DNA of 64,000 nucleotides from a virus. The translations under genes and the position numbers were made by a program. Under the pieces are notes generated by a model, which saw only the letters and a list, made by a program, of their open reading frames with translations, did no database searches and was not told where the DNA came from. Every line of letters begins with the position of its first letter. Within the stretch, counting starts at the first letter, position 1. The stretch covers positions 7,362 through 71,361 of IMG/VR virus record IMGVR_UViG_3300049016_000031; one strand, written 5' to 3'. Of the stretch, positions 1-8,157 are shown piece by piece.

Positions 1-425
1 GCGTTCTTCGCAATTTTTACCCCGGTCCTCCGGTTTAGGGTCGACTTCAAGTTAACCGAAACGTCCCTCCGGTCTGTGGATAATATACAAAGTTCAGCAA
101 GCATGGAATCATAAACTGCTGGTGTGAATACATCGACTCCGTAGTTATTAAGAAATAGTAGGTCGAATGCGGCAAGGTTGTGACCTATTATTAATTTTCG
201 AGTACCGATAAATTTCTTTAGGGCAGGGGACATCTTCCCGCGATTGTGAATTACGACCCCGGTTTTAGATTTCAGACCGTAGAGTGAGGTAACAGCAATC
301 TTATCCCTGAAGGGGCTAAGACCACTGGTTTCGAGATCAAGGACTATCTCATCGTCACCCTGAAGCGCGCCTAAATTATCCTCACCAAGGAGCCGAATAT
401 GTATTGATTTCTTTTTTCTTGACAT
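1..425 (-). CDS. DEDD-type 3'-5' exonuclease domain protein, N-terminal part. The ORF runs off the window start and may be the proofreading N-terminus of a family-A DNA polymerase.
   Basis: Minus-strand translation from ATG 425-423 gives MSRKKKSIHIRLLGEDNLGALQGDDEIVLDLETSGL...LIIGHNLAAFDLLFLNNYG. Exo I (DxE in VLDLETSG) and Exo II (HNxxFD) motifs are present. There is no stop before position 1. The ATG overlaps the TGA of the upstream gene (ATGA). It is absent from the ORF track because no stop lies in the window. Confidence 0.55.
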   Translation of the reverse strand, partial: MSRKKKSIHIRLLGEDNLGALQGDDEIVLDLETSGLSPFRDKIAVTSLYGLKSKTGVVIHNRGKMSPALKKFIGTRKLIIGHNLAAFDLLFLNNYGVDVFTPAVYDSMLAELCILSTDRRDVSVNLKSTLNRRTGVKIAKN

Positions 426-1186
426 CACGCCACCTCCGCAATCCACGTATCATCCTTCTTAAACCAGCATGTGTGTGTGATTCCAGAAGGTGCCGGTTTC
501 CAGCACATCTCTACAAGCTCCCTTCGCCATTCAGAGCACGCCCTGAAAAAGCCGTACTGGATGGCGTATGACATCCATTGGTGCTCTATTGGTACCATTG
601 GAGCTGTTGAGTCGTAAACATGCGCCGACCCCTGATGGATGGTTACATTCCCAAGACTGAGACCTAACTCAGTGGCAACGACTTGGGCAAGACCGCCGAA
701 CATTACCAGGTCATAAGGCAGACCAAGGACTAAGTCCTGAGAGCGCATTGAGACGATGGTAATGAGGAGACCCTGGCGGATAAGGAACTGGATAGAGGTC
801 GTACATGGCTGACGCCACATTTCTACCGGGGACCGATTTCCTATTACAAGGATCGCTTCCCGGGTATCCCTATCCCTAACCAACAGGTTGAGAACAGACT
901 CCATCTGGTTAATTATAATGGGTCCATACATGAGATCACGGTGATAGAGGGATAAGTCAGCTGAGGGCGCCGCGTACTTGATGACGTTGGGATTGTACAC
1001 CCCGGCGACCATCATCATAAGTTCGGCCCAAGCTAGCTGAAGATTAAATTTGGGTCGGTAGAAGACATACCGGGGGTCGTAAGAGAACTCAGTTCCAAGA
1101 ATTTCTCTTGTCCCAAAACCCCTCGGAGACACCGGCTCCCCTAACGTTGTAACACGATTAACAAAATCACAATACGTCGGCAACAT
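425..1186 (-). CDS. Thymidylate synthase (ThyA/PF00303) family enzyme. Predicted cytosine-specific dCMP hydroxymethylase or dCMP methylase rather than canonical dTMP synthase.
   Basis: Aligns to the ThyA core: PC(T) nucleophile Cys, QF, MRSQD (Arg166/Ser167/Asp169 in E. coli numbering), LGLPYD and GSAHVY (His207/Tyr209). The specificity Asn177 of ThyA (GLPFN) is Asp here (GLPYD), as in T4 gp42 dCMP hydroxymethylase. The folate-side motifs (TTK, ELLWF) have diverged. Confidence 0.7.
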   Translation of the reverse strand: MLPTYCDFVNRVTTLGEPVSPRGFGTREILGTEFSYDPRYVFYRPKFNLQLAWAELMMMVAGVYNPNVIKYAAPSADLSLYHRDLMYGPIIINQMESVLNLLVRDRDTREAILVIGNRSPVEMWRQPCTTSIQFLIRQGLLITIVSMRSQDLVLGLPYDLVMFGGLAQVVATELGLSLGNVTIHQGSAHVYDSTAPMVPIEHQWMSYAIQYGFFRACSEWRRELVEMCWKPAPSGITHTCWFKKDDTWIAEVA

Positions 1187-1188
1187 AA

Positions 1189-1620
1189 TTAATACTCCCT
1201 TTCCATAAACATGCTCATAATTCCAGGACCACCTTTAAGCCAAGATAGCAACCTCTCCCGGGTCGCCTGCTCCATAGCCTCACGCACCGACCCGTCATAC
1301 CCCGGGTAGTCGAAATCGAACTTAGGCATTCCAATACCTGCAGCAACTTCATACTCCGCTACCGACCCGGGGGAGTTATGCCAACCCGGTATTAACAAGA
1401 TGGCGTCGCAGCGTTTTAGAAGTTCAATGTCACCTTCAAGCCAAACCGTATCGGGGGCAGCGCCGGTAAAAAACACTGTATTTGCATGCGGACATAATGC
1501 AGCACCCCCATTATTCCACACCAGAAGGGACCACTTCATGGCTTCCATAATGTTTTGTTGAACCTCGAACATATTGCCGGTCTTTGACCTGAACGGTCCA
1601 GCGATATAGACGACTTTCAT
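1189..1620 (-). CDS. DUF4406 / nucleoside 2-deoxyribosyltransferase-like protein (Rossmann fold shared with DNPH1/Rcl and MilB)
   Basis: Starts MKVVYIAGPFRS and has a C-terminal CDAILLIPGWHNSPGSVAEYEVAAGIGMP block typical of the DUF4406 / N-deoxyribosyltransferase-like family. Its stop lies 3 nt from the start of the ThyA-like gene. Confidence 0.55.
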   Translation of the reverse strand: MKVVYIAGPFRSKTGNMFEVQQNIMEAMKWSLLVWNNGGAALCPHANTVFFTGAAPDTVWLEGDIELLKRCDAILLIPGWHNSPGSVAEYEVAAGIGMPKFDFDYPGYDGSVREAMEQATRERLLSWLKGGPGIMSMFMEREY

Positions 1621-1805
1621 AACATTTCCCTCAACTTCTCCATTTCATCAATAAATTGTTGCGCCAATAAGATAAGGCTGTTGATACATTCTCTAGCCTC
1701 CTCTAAATTTGCAATATGATGATCCTCAGTGAAATCGTAAATTACTCCACCACCTAGGGTCTCACATTCACCTGTAATTTTATCTTTTATCTGTTCTAAA
1801 GTCAA
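1617..1805 (-). CDS. small hypothetical protein (62 aa)
   Basis: ORF with 4-nt overlaps to both neighbours (operon-style coupling). No recognisable motif. Confidence 0.35.
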   Translation of the reverse strand: MTLEQIKDKITGECETLGGGVIYDFTEDHHIANLEEARECINSLILLAQQFIDEMEKLREML

Positions 1806-3910
1806 CGTTTAATTCCCCAACTCACTGACGATCTACCCCCGGACATTTCTATTCCAACAATTCGTAGATCATCTGAAATGCTATAACTACGGCGCCTGAA
1901 TTCCTCAGGAAACCAAGCACCAAACTCCCGGGTCGGATGACCCATATTCTTTGAAAATTCATTGAACGACATGTACGCTTCCCTAAGCGTCACCGACTCG
2001 TTCTTAGCTTGCCGCATTTCTTCCTTTATGAACAAATCCACGATCTCAGAGAAATCTCGGTAGCGAGCAACCGCTTGCATCGACCCCTCGGGAACTGCCC
2101 ACGCTCCCTTATTTATAAATTTCTTGACCCTCGCGTTGCCCTCAAGCGACCAGTTGAGCACGCCGGAAATCTCCCTCATAATCTTAGACCTAAGCATCAC
2201 ATCCTTATGCTTTGGCATATTCTTAAACTCAATCATCACAATCCTCGCCCACACCCCTTCAGCCTCATCAATTGTTGGAAGTGTATTTGAAGACCACATC
2301 AACTTTCCGTCGAACTCTATGTCAAAAGGCCGACCGTACGGGTGACGACCTGTTATGGGGTCCCCGCTAACCAATGCCTTGAACACCCCGGTTCGGAACC
2401 TTTGGGTCGAAAGCTCCGTGCATACAGCGAGATACGCGTCTGAAAGGGTCGCAATCTGGTACTGTGAGATGTTTTGGGATGAAATTGTAACCGCCCGAGG
2501 ACCGAACATCTTAAAGATCGTACTCAGAAAAGTAGATTTACCAGTACGTTGCTGGCCGTAGAGCCATGTCATTCGCTCGAAGAAATTTCCGGGTTGGAGG
2601 CAGTACCCGACCCACTCCTGGAGAAATTTAGCAGCGTCAGGAACAGCTTCCTCAAGAAATCGCAACCAGTTATCCGCCTTCGCCTTCGGGTCATATTCAA
2701 CAGGCATCACTCTCTTTATGTGGTCGTCTATTTCAGCGGGCCGGAACTCCTTAGTCTCTAAATTCAACACACCATTAGTGAAGCCTACAAGATTGGCGTC
2801 GGGTTTGGAGAATCCCCGGGTCGCAAGTGTGCCTTTGACCATCCTTGCAATCCCCTCCGCGTTCTTTGGCAGAGCCGGGAGACGCTTCTCTATCCCATTT
2901 TTAAGTAGGACCAACTCGTCGAGGATGTTAAAAATTCCGGAAGCAAGTGATGACAGCTCGCGAGGGTGCCAAAGTCCGTCGAAGAATTCCATCAACTGTC
3001 CCTCTTCCCAAGCCCAGCTACATTCCCCATCGACAAAGTAAGTCACAACATCCTGAATAATCGTAGCCTGCTCCCCAATGACTTCTTCCCGATACTTAAC
3101 CTCACCATCCTTGACATTGTACCTCATCAATTCAAGGAGCAATTTCTGCTTCCGACCCAGGCATTCGGAGAATTCCTTGAACGTAACCGCATCGCCGTTG
3201 ATGTGCCTCTCGTACGTCGACTTTACGACTTTAACACGATTGGAAGTCTCCTCATCCTTCATAGCGGAGCATACCAAACGGATGACCTTCTCAATCCGAA
3301 CAGGGGACCAGTCACACCTCGACGCAATCGTTGAAAACCCCAGGACAACGTTGTTGCGATTACCTGAAAACCAATACGGTATAAGGAGGCACGCCAGGAG
3401 GTGCTCCTCAATTTGCTGCGGGTCGTATCGCACGTGGTTTCCCCCGACCCATTCACAAGGAACATGCGGAACCGTTTTAATGTTCATCGACCCTGGAATG
3501 CGGAGCAAGCGGGTTATGTCTACTGCTTGCTTGTCTCCGTCTAGGCATACCTGCGCTAGACGTATAAGTCTCATAGCCTCGGGAGCCGGTATCTCCTCCT
3601 TAAGGTACATGTAGACATGAAAGCCATGCCCGGAATTTATTATAGCACTTGGCTTAAGGGCGGTCTTAGTCTCCTTAGAAATTTCAGAAATGCCGTCTAG
3701 GTCCGAAAATATTGCAGTGGCAGAGAGCACCTTGGTCGCCTCGCGTGGGCAGGCTCCGAAGTACCAATTTGATCTCGGACTCAGTTTTGGAAGTTTAGGA
3801 TTAGAACATTTAGTTTCAAATGTGCCTGTATTTTCTCCGCCGACCGACCTAATAAGTATGTTTCTTGACGAAACTGAGAACAGTTCTTTAAGAAAATCAA
3901 CTGAATTCAT
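1802..3910 (-). CDS. DNA primase-polymerase (prim-pol) / D5_N / SF3 (P4-type) helicase
   Basis: 702 aa. N-terminal prim-pol signature ...SDLDG...SGHGFHVYMYL. Central D5_N-like region. Walker A GQQRTGKSTFLS and downstream Walker B/sensor motifs typical of phage/plasmid primase-helicases. Confidence 0.8.
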   Translation of the reverse strand: MNSVDFLKELFSVSSRNILIRSVGGENTGTFETKCSNPKLPKLSPRSNWYFGACPREATKVLSATAIFSDLDGISEISKETKTALKPSAIINSGHGFHVYMYLKEEIPAPEAMRLIRLAQVCLDGDKQAVDITRLLRIPGSMNIKTVPHVPCEWVGGNHVRYDPQQIEEHLLACLLIPYWFSGNRNNVVLGFSTIASRCDWSPVRIEKVIRLVCSAMKDEETSNRVKVVKSTYERHINGDAVTFKEFSECLGRKQKLLLELMRYNVKDGEVKYREEVIGEQATIIQDVVTYFVDGECSWAWEEGQLMEFFDGLWHPRELSSLASGIFNILDELVLLKNGIEKRLPALPKNAEGIARMVKGTLATRGFSKPDANLVGFTNGVLNLETKEFRPAEIDDHIKRVMPVEYDPKAKADNWLRFLEEAVPDAAKFLQEWVGYCLQPGNFFERMTWLYGQQRTGKSTFLSTIFKMFGPRAVTISSQNISQYQIATLSDAYLAVCTELSTQRFRTGVFKALVSGDPITGRHPYGRPFDIEFDGKLMWSSNTLPTIDEAEGVWARIVMIEFKNMPKHKDVMLRSKIMREISGVLNWSLEGNARVKKFINKGAWAVPEGSMQAVARYRDFSEIVDLFIKEEMRQAKNESVTLREAYMSFNEFSKNMGHPTREFGAWFPEEFRRRSYSISDDLRIVGIEMSGGRSSVSWGIKR

Positions 3911-4002
3911 TGCTCCCCACTCTTAAGATATGTGTATAACTTTCGGCACACCAGTCAGTCGGAGGAATGATGACTGGTGCGCCGTTGAGCGACGTGGGTC
4001 GC

Positions 4003-4725
4003 CTAGAAGGAGGACATTTCAGCGGCTTGCTGAAGAACCGAGTCCTTAACTTTGATCTGCTTGATGACCGGGGTGTACCACGTATTCTTTCCGGCAACGT
4101 TCTTGTTAGAAGTTACCTCAATGGCGAAGTTCCCCATCTTCAATTTCTGGATAAGCGTGTTCAGTCCGGTTGCAGGTCGCAGGCCAGCGCCACGGACGTC
4201 CCAGGCAGCTATCGACCCGTGAGTTTCTGAGTACACGCCGTATGAGTAGTAGAAGGTGCATTGCGGTTTGATGTTGTTTCCCTTCTTATCCTTTGTCCAC
4301 TGATTGAATGGGCAACGGGCACAATTGCCGCCAGGATCTCCCTCGCCGTGAATGGAATCACCACTCTGGCAAAGAATCCCGTCGTCGTCCGTGGAATAGA
4401 TTCGCCCCTTTCCAAACACAAGGGGCACCAAGATCACACTATCTACTGGGTCGGACCCTGGGAAGATGAACTGGCCCGCTTGAGCAGCACCATCTAAAAC
4501 CTCGGGTGTGCCAGGTTGCCCGATCTTAAGGCGGGGCATCTGGAGGTCTGAGCGGTCAAATTCTGGAGTTGAACTATATCGGCGTTGACTTGCTGGTACG
4601 CCGTCCTCAGTTGTTGATAATTCACCAGAAGATTGTCGAACCAAAGCTGTGCTCCCAGCAGAGTCGGCAAGATTCGCCTTCCGGGCAGCCTTGGGAGCGG
4701 GTTTTTGTGGTACTTGTTTTCTCAT
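4003..4725 (-). CDS. hypothetical Cys-cluster protein (240 aa)
   Basis: Long ORF coupled (ATGA-type overlap) to the downstream kinase gene. Contains C...CARCPFNQW...C, which is consistent with zinc binding. No family recognised. Confidence 0.45.
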   Translation of the reverse strand: MRKQVPQKPAPKAARKANLADSAGSTALVRQSSGELSTTEDGVPASQRRYSSTPEFDRSDLQMPRLKIGQPGTPEVLDGAAQAGQFIFPGSDPVDSVILVPLVFGKGRIYSTDDDGILCQSGDSIHGEGDPGGNCARCPFNQWTKDKKGNNIKPQCTFYYSYGVYSETHGSIAAWDVRGAGLRPATGLNTLIQKLKMGNFAIEVTSNKNVAGKNTWYTPVIKQIKVKDSVLQQAAEMSSF

Positions 4726-5669
4726 ATTAAATTTTTCCTTTGCAATTCTACTTTTAGACTTGAAATAGAGCTAGCATACTTTACCGACTGCGAACCCCAG
4801 CGGTAGCCGTAGGCGGGGTGCTCAATCCGCAAAGCATGCAGCTTAAGTTTCATACAAATGTGGGCGGCTACCGCTCCCACAGCAATTATTTGCTTATTCA
4901 GGAGGAATTCAGCAAAAAAATCTATGTTTGCTGTTACGTGGTCGGAGTTGGTCCATCCCCACCTCAGTGCGGAGTCACCGAACTCTCGACCAAATCGAGT
5001 CGTATAAGAACTAGTAAAGGGAAGCCAGTTATGCGACCCGTCAGGGAGGCTCCGCCGGTCGCCGATGACAATTACCGGGGCTGGGGTCGGACCGCAATAA
5101 TTCGGTGGGAGGAGTTCTGGAACCGTTTGATTCTTAAAAATCAATCTGTTAAAAGTTGTTTCAACAAGCGCTTTTAAGCTTGATTCAGTGTGGTTGTTAT
5201 TGAACACACGCCAGCCAAATTTAATACCGTACCCCTCATACTCAGCTCTCTCATCGAACGGCTCGACTGGGTGATCAGTTGCATCCCTGTGCGACCTAAG
5301 GGACTCAACGGATGGGCCGAGGAGCATTAAGCGCTCACCAGAAGATATGAGGGCGCGGTCGTAGTGCCACGCGGCAAGCCAGGGGTCATCCCAGAACACT
5401 CGTTTTGAAGAACGGGTCTCAGGCATAAGCTTAGGGTACACATACTCCGACGCCCAGGAACGGTCCCAAATTATCGCGTCGTTTGCCTGCGATGCATAAA
5501 TTTCAGACATCGGTTTGGTGTACACAAATGAGTGATGCGAGGCGTCAGGCATCCCCCAGTGAAACGCCTTTGCTTGAACGCCATTCGCAGCGCAGTGCTG
5601 CATCAAAGCATGAATAAACGTGGTTTTTCCCGCCTTTTCACAACCGTCAACTACCAGTAATTTTGACAT
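4722..5669 (-). CDS. P-loop nucleotide kinase (thymidylate-kinase-like) fused to a C-terminal uracil-DNA-glycosylase-like domain
   Basis: Probable start is MSKLLVVDGCEKAGKTTF (RBS AGGAACGAAGGA upstream); the longest ORF would start at 5723. The DRSWASEYVY block is TMPK-like. The C-terminal ~130 aa carry PVIVIGDRRSLPDGSHNWLPFTSS and IEHPAYGYRWG, resembling UDG motif A ([21 protein letters not shown]) and motif B (HPSPLS). Confidence 0.6.
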   Translation of the reverse strand: MSKLLVVDGCEKAGKTTFIHALMQHCAANGVQAKAFHWGMPDASHHSFVYTKPMSEIYASQANDAIIWDRSWASEYVYPKLMPETRSSKRVFWDDPWLAAWHYDRALISSGERLMLLGPSVESLRSHRDATDHPVEPFDERAEYEGYGIKFGWRVFNNNHTESSLKALVETTFNRLIFKNQTVPELLPPNYCGPTPAPVIVIGDRRSLPDGSHNWLPFTSSYTTRFGREFGDSALRWGWTNSDHVTANIDFFAEFLLNKQIIAVGAVAAHICMKLKLHALRIEHPAYGYRWGSQSVKYASSISSLKVELQRKNLI

Positions 5670-6033
5670 TCTTAGTCCTTCGTTCCTCAGTTCTAATTCG
5701 ATGACAATTTGCACAAACAACATCGCAACTCTTCATTTCATTTTTTACTCTATTCAAACTTCCAGTTGAAATCAACGCTCCAACATTAGCTGTTTTTATT
5801 TCTCCCGGTCGATGATCAAACTCCATGCAGCATATTGGATACATATTTTGACAATCCATACAAGGTTGATTTCGTACAGAATTAACGTAGTCTCGTAATT
5901 TTTGAATTCTTTTTGCGTGATAAACTTTATACTGCGCAAGAGCCTTTGGAGTACGCCTATACTCCTTCTTTTTTAGAGGATTATTTTTCCACCAATCTTG
6001 TTGAGCTTTTTTATGTCTCTCATCTCTAGCCAA
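5647..6033 (-). CDS. HNH / His-Me finger endonuclease (endonuclease VII-like zinc-binding nuclease)
   Basis: CMDCQ...CCMEFDHRPGE...N...CANCH, i.e. the CxxC-DH-N-CxxCH arrangement. Confidence 0.6.
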   Translation of the reverse strand: MARDERHKKAQQDWWKNNPLKKKEYRRTPKALAQYKVYHAKRIQKLRDYVNSVRNQPCMDCQNMYPICCMEFDHRPGEIKTANVGALISTGSLNRVKNEMKSCDVVCANCHRIRTEERRTKNVKITGS

Positions 6034-6196
6034 AGTGTTTTACCTAGAGAAGTATATCACGTGTAAGAGTAAAAGTAAACTAACAAGTCCAACCGACCCT
6101 GGGACTTGGTCCCACTTCCTGGGTAGTCGTTACACATGCGCAACGAAGGTCCTGTTTTTATTACCAGCGGACTTGGAAAACTTCTGGAAAACTAAA

Positions 6197-6285
6197 TGCC
6201 CGTAGAAGGACTCGAACCTCCAAACATTGACTCTGAGCCTATTTCATATCGGCGCCAACCGCTATACCAATTTGCGTACTCGGGC
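6197..6285 (-). tRNA. tRNA-like gene, about 89 nt, type II (long variable arm); possibly tRNA-Ser(UGA)-like. The anticodon assignment is tentative.
   Basis: The minus strand carries a canonical T-arm GGAGG-TTCGAGT-CCTTC followed by a 3' acceptor strand TACGGGC + A. The 5' acceptor strand GCCCGAG pairs 5 of 7 positions. A D-loop with the TTGG (G18G19) signature is present. A candidate anticodon stem GCCGA/TAGGC has loop TATGAAA. Several features are non-canonical (A33, an A-A mismatch in the acceptor stem). Confidence 0.5.
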
Positions 6286-6324
6286 AACGAGGTGGGGGGT
6301 CCGTGAGAGGACCCCTGCCACAAA

Positions 6325-6927
6325 CTACTTATATTTTTCGAGTTTCGAAGGGTCGTGACGGAGGTAATACGCCACATTGCTGACCCAAGATACTGACTTT
6401 TTGAACTCGGGCACCTCCCTAAGGATCTGCGTATGCATATCAGCGTACGTCAGCGTGTTCTCCTCGATGAGGCGCTTGGCGACTTTGAACGCCGCCTTAT
6501 CGGTTAGCTTCTCGGCGTCCCTAGCCTGCTTGGCTGGGTCGATTGTGTTAGATTTTTGTGCGGGTAGCGGCGCAACAGCCCTGCCCTTCGATTTTTGTCT
6601 CACAGCTGTACTACTCATACTTTCTCCTTTTGGCGAAGCCAGTCTTTCCGGCTCCACGTTCTGCGTGTTCTTTTTCGGCTTTGCGATGTACGACGCTGCG
6701 TCGAACCCCTCAACCGGTTTCTTGGTCACCTTGACCACGGTAGCAAGTGATACGCGTTCGACCTTATCATAATCAATTGTCCGGTTGAACATCTTTCCTG
6801 TTTTCTGTGTACACACGACCGCCGACCCAGGTGTTTTGTAAAGCAAAATCATGACCTGATTTGTTAACTCTACAGAGACCGTGGAACCTGGTCTTACTTG
6901 CTTAATTTCAACATAACCTGGTGTCAT
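6325..6927 (-). CDS. hypothetical protein (200 aa), Lys-rich central region
   Basis: Long ORF with no competing frames. Lys/Ala-rich linker; possibly nucleic-acid binding. Confidence 0.5.
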   Translation of the reverse strand: MTPGYVEIKQVRPGSTVSVELTNQVMILLYKTPGSAVVCTQKTGKMFNRTIDYDKVERVSLATVVKVTKKPVEGFDAASYIAKPKKNTQNVEPERLASPKGESMSSTAVRQKSKGRAVAPLPAQKSNTIDPAKQARDAEKLTDKAAFKVAKRLIEENTLTYADMHTQILREVPEFKKSVSWVSNVAYYLRHDPSKLEKYK

Positions 6928-6979
6928 TTATTTTTCCTCACGTTTAGATTCTACTACGATAAATTGTCAAAGTAAACAA

Positions 6980-7333
6980 TTATTTTACCTGCTGACCCAA
7001 ATGTTTTTCTAATTCCTCGAGTGCTAAAAGTACGCGTTTAATCATACAGTACTCGAAAATTCCGGAAGTAGTTCGGTGTGTGGTAAAGGCAGACCAAACT
7101 TGGTTTAATAACTCGCTGGCCGCCTTCAAGAAAAGAACTACTTGACCATCAAGCAAGTTGCTTTCTTTCAAAAATACTTCAAGCTCAACAACAGCAACTT
7201 GAGCTGACTCTATCCTACTAAATGCTCTAATCAATTGCTGATTTATAAGCGCGCTCTCAATTGACTTTACTGCCAGAACAGTATTTCTACAGTTTATTTG
7301 CACTTTACAACTTAATTGTTGAGATTCAATCAT
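6980..7333 (-). CDS. hypothetical protein (117 aa)
   Basis: ORF with a 4-nt overlap to the upstream gene. Confidence 0.4.
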   Translation of the reverse strand: MIESQQLSCKVQINCRNTVLAVKSIESALINQQLIRAFSRIESAQVAVVELEVFLKESNLLDGQVVLFLKAASELLNQVWSAFTTHRTTSGIFEYCMIKRVLLALEELEKHLGQQVK

Positions 7334-8157
7334 AAATCCTCCAGTTCCTCGATTTCCCGAATCGACCGGCGAATAAACTCAGCCGGGTTTGTTAACAACT
7401 CATCGTGTAAGTGGATGGGAGGGATGAAGCGAAAGTGATTATCACCACCAAGGGCGACCCGCATAGCCTTGCCGTACTTCTCCCGACCCTCACCGGCCGG
7501 GTGGATTCCCCACGCCCAACCACCGGTCGTACCGGCTTTCTGATTCAAGTAGTTATACCCGAGTCCACGGCACACGCCTTGCGATGTTAAAGCATAGCAT
7601 GCCATAGCAAGGTCGAGCGGGGTGGTGCCGACGCGAATTGCATTTATCCCGGTTTTTCCACCCCAACCACTTAGTGCCGATAAAACGTAGAGTTCCATGG
7701 GTCGGATCGCCGAGATCGCCATCGCCATGGCCAACAAATTGATACCACGGGTCTGAAGAGATCGAACATCAATACCCCCTGAGGAAGTGACATCCACGGC
7801 AATGACGACAGGAGCGCGGTCAGACTCGACCTCTATTCGCCGCATCATGGAGTCTGGACGGCCCACAAGAGCGGACGGTATGCAGGGTCGAACGCCGCTG
7901 ACGGAATGACCCCACTCCATTGTGGGGGTCTCGATCTGGAGGACGAGATCCTCGAGAAGTCCCTCAGCGCGGTGGACATTGGTTGAGTCTCCAAATTGTA
8001 CCTTGCGCCGAACCTCTTGTGCGGTTTCACCGGTCCACGACCCACGGAGCTTGTCCTCGGTAATTAAAGGAATAGCGGCAGCGCCAAACTCGGTTAAGGA
8101 GTCCCACCAAAATACTTTGGTCTCGTGCTTTAGGATTTGTTTGGTCTCAGTTCTCAT
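7330..8157 (-). CDS. hypothetical protein (275 aa), possible vWA-like (MIDAS-like DxTxS) domain
   Basis: VVIAVDVTSSGG resembles the vWA MIDAS motif DxSxS. The assignment is weak. Confidence 0.45.
   Translation of the reverse strand: MRTETKQILKHETKVFWWDSLTEFGAAAIPLITEDKLRGSWTGETAQEVRRKVQFGDSTNVHRAEGLLEDLVLQIETPTMEWGHSVSGVRPCIPSALVGRPDSMMRRIEVESDRAPVVIAVDVTSSGGIDVRSLQTRGINLLAMAMAISAIRPMELYVLSALSGWGGKTGINAIRVGTTPLDLAMACYALTSQGVCRGLGYNYLNQKAGTTGGWAWGIHPAGEGREKYGKAMRVALGGDNHFRFIPPIHLHDELLTNPAEFIRRSIREIEELEDL

Noticed and set aside
425-1186. Calling this gene ordinary thymidylate synthase (thyA)
   Set aside because: The specificity Asn is replaced by Asp, and TTK/ELLWF-type dUMP- and folate-side motifs have diverged. 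It is safer to call it a ThyA-family cytosine-specific hydroxymethylase/methylase candidate pending assay.
2009-3926. Series of plus-strand ORFs (2009..2290, 2124..2345, 2355..2561, 2549..2761, 2718..3041, 2966..3334, 3078..3614, 3690..3926)
   Set aside because: All lie antisense inside the 702-aa primase-helicase gene, which has strong motifs. They lack RBSs and tile in different frames, as shadow ORFs do.
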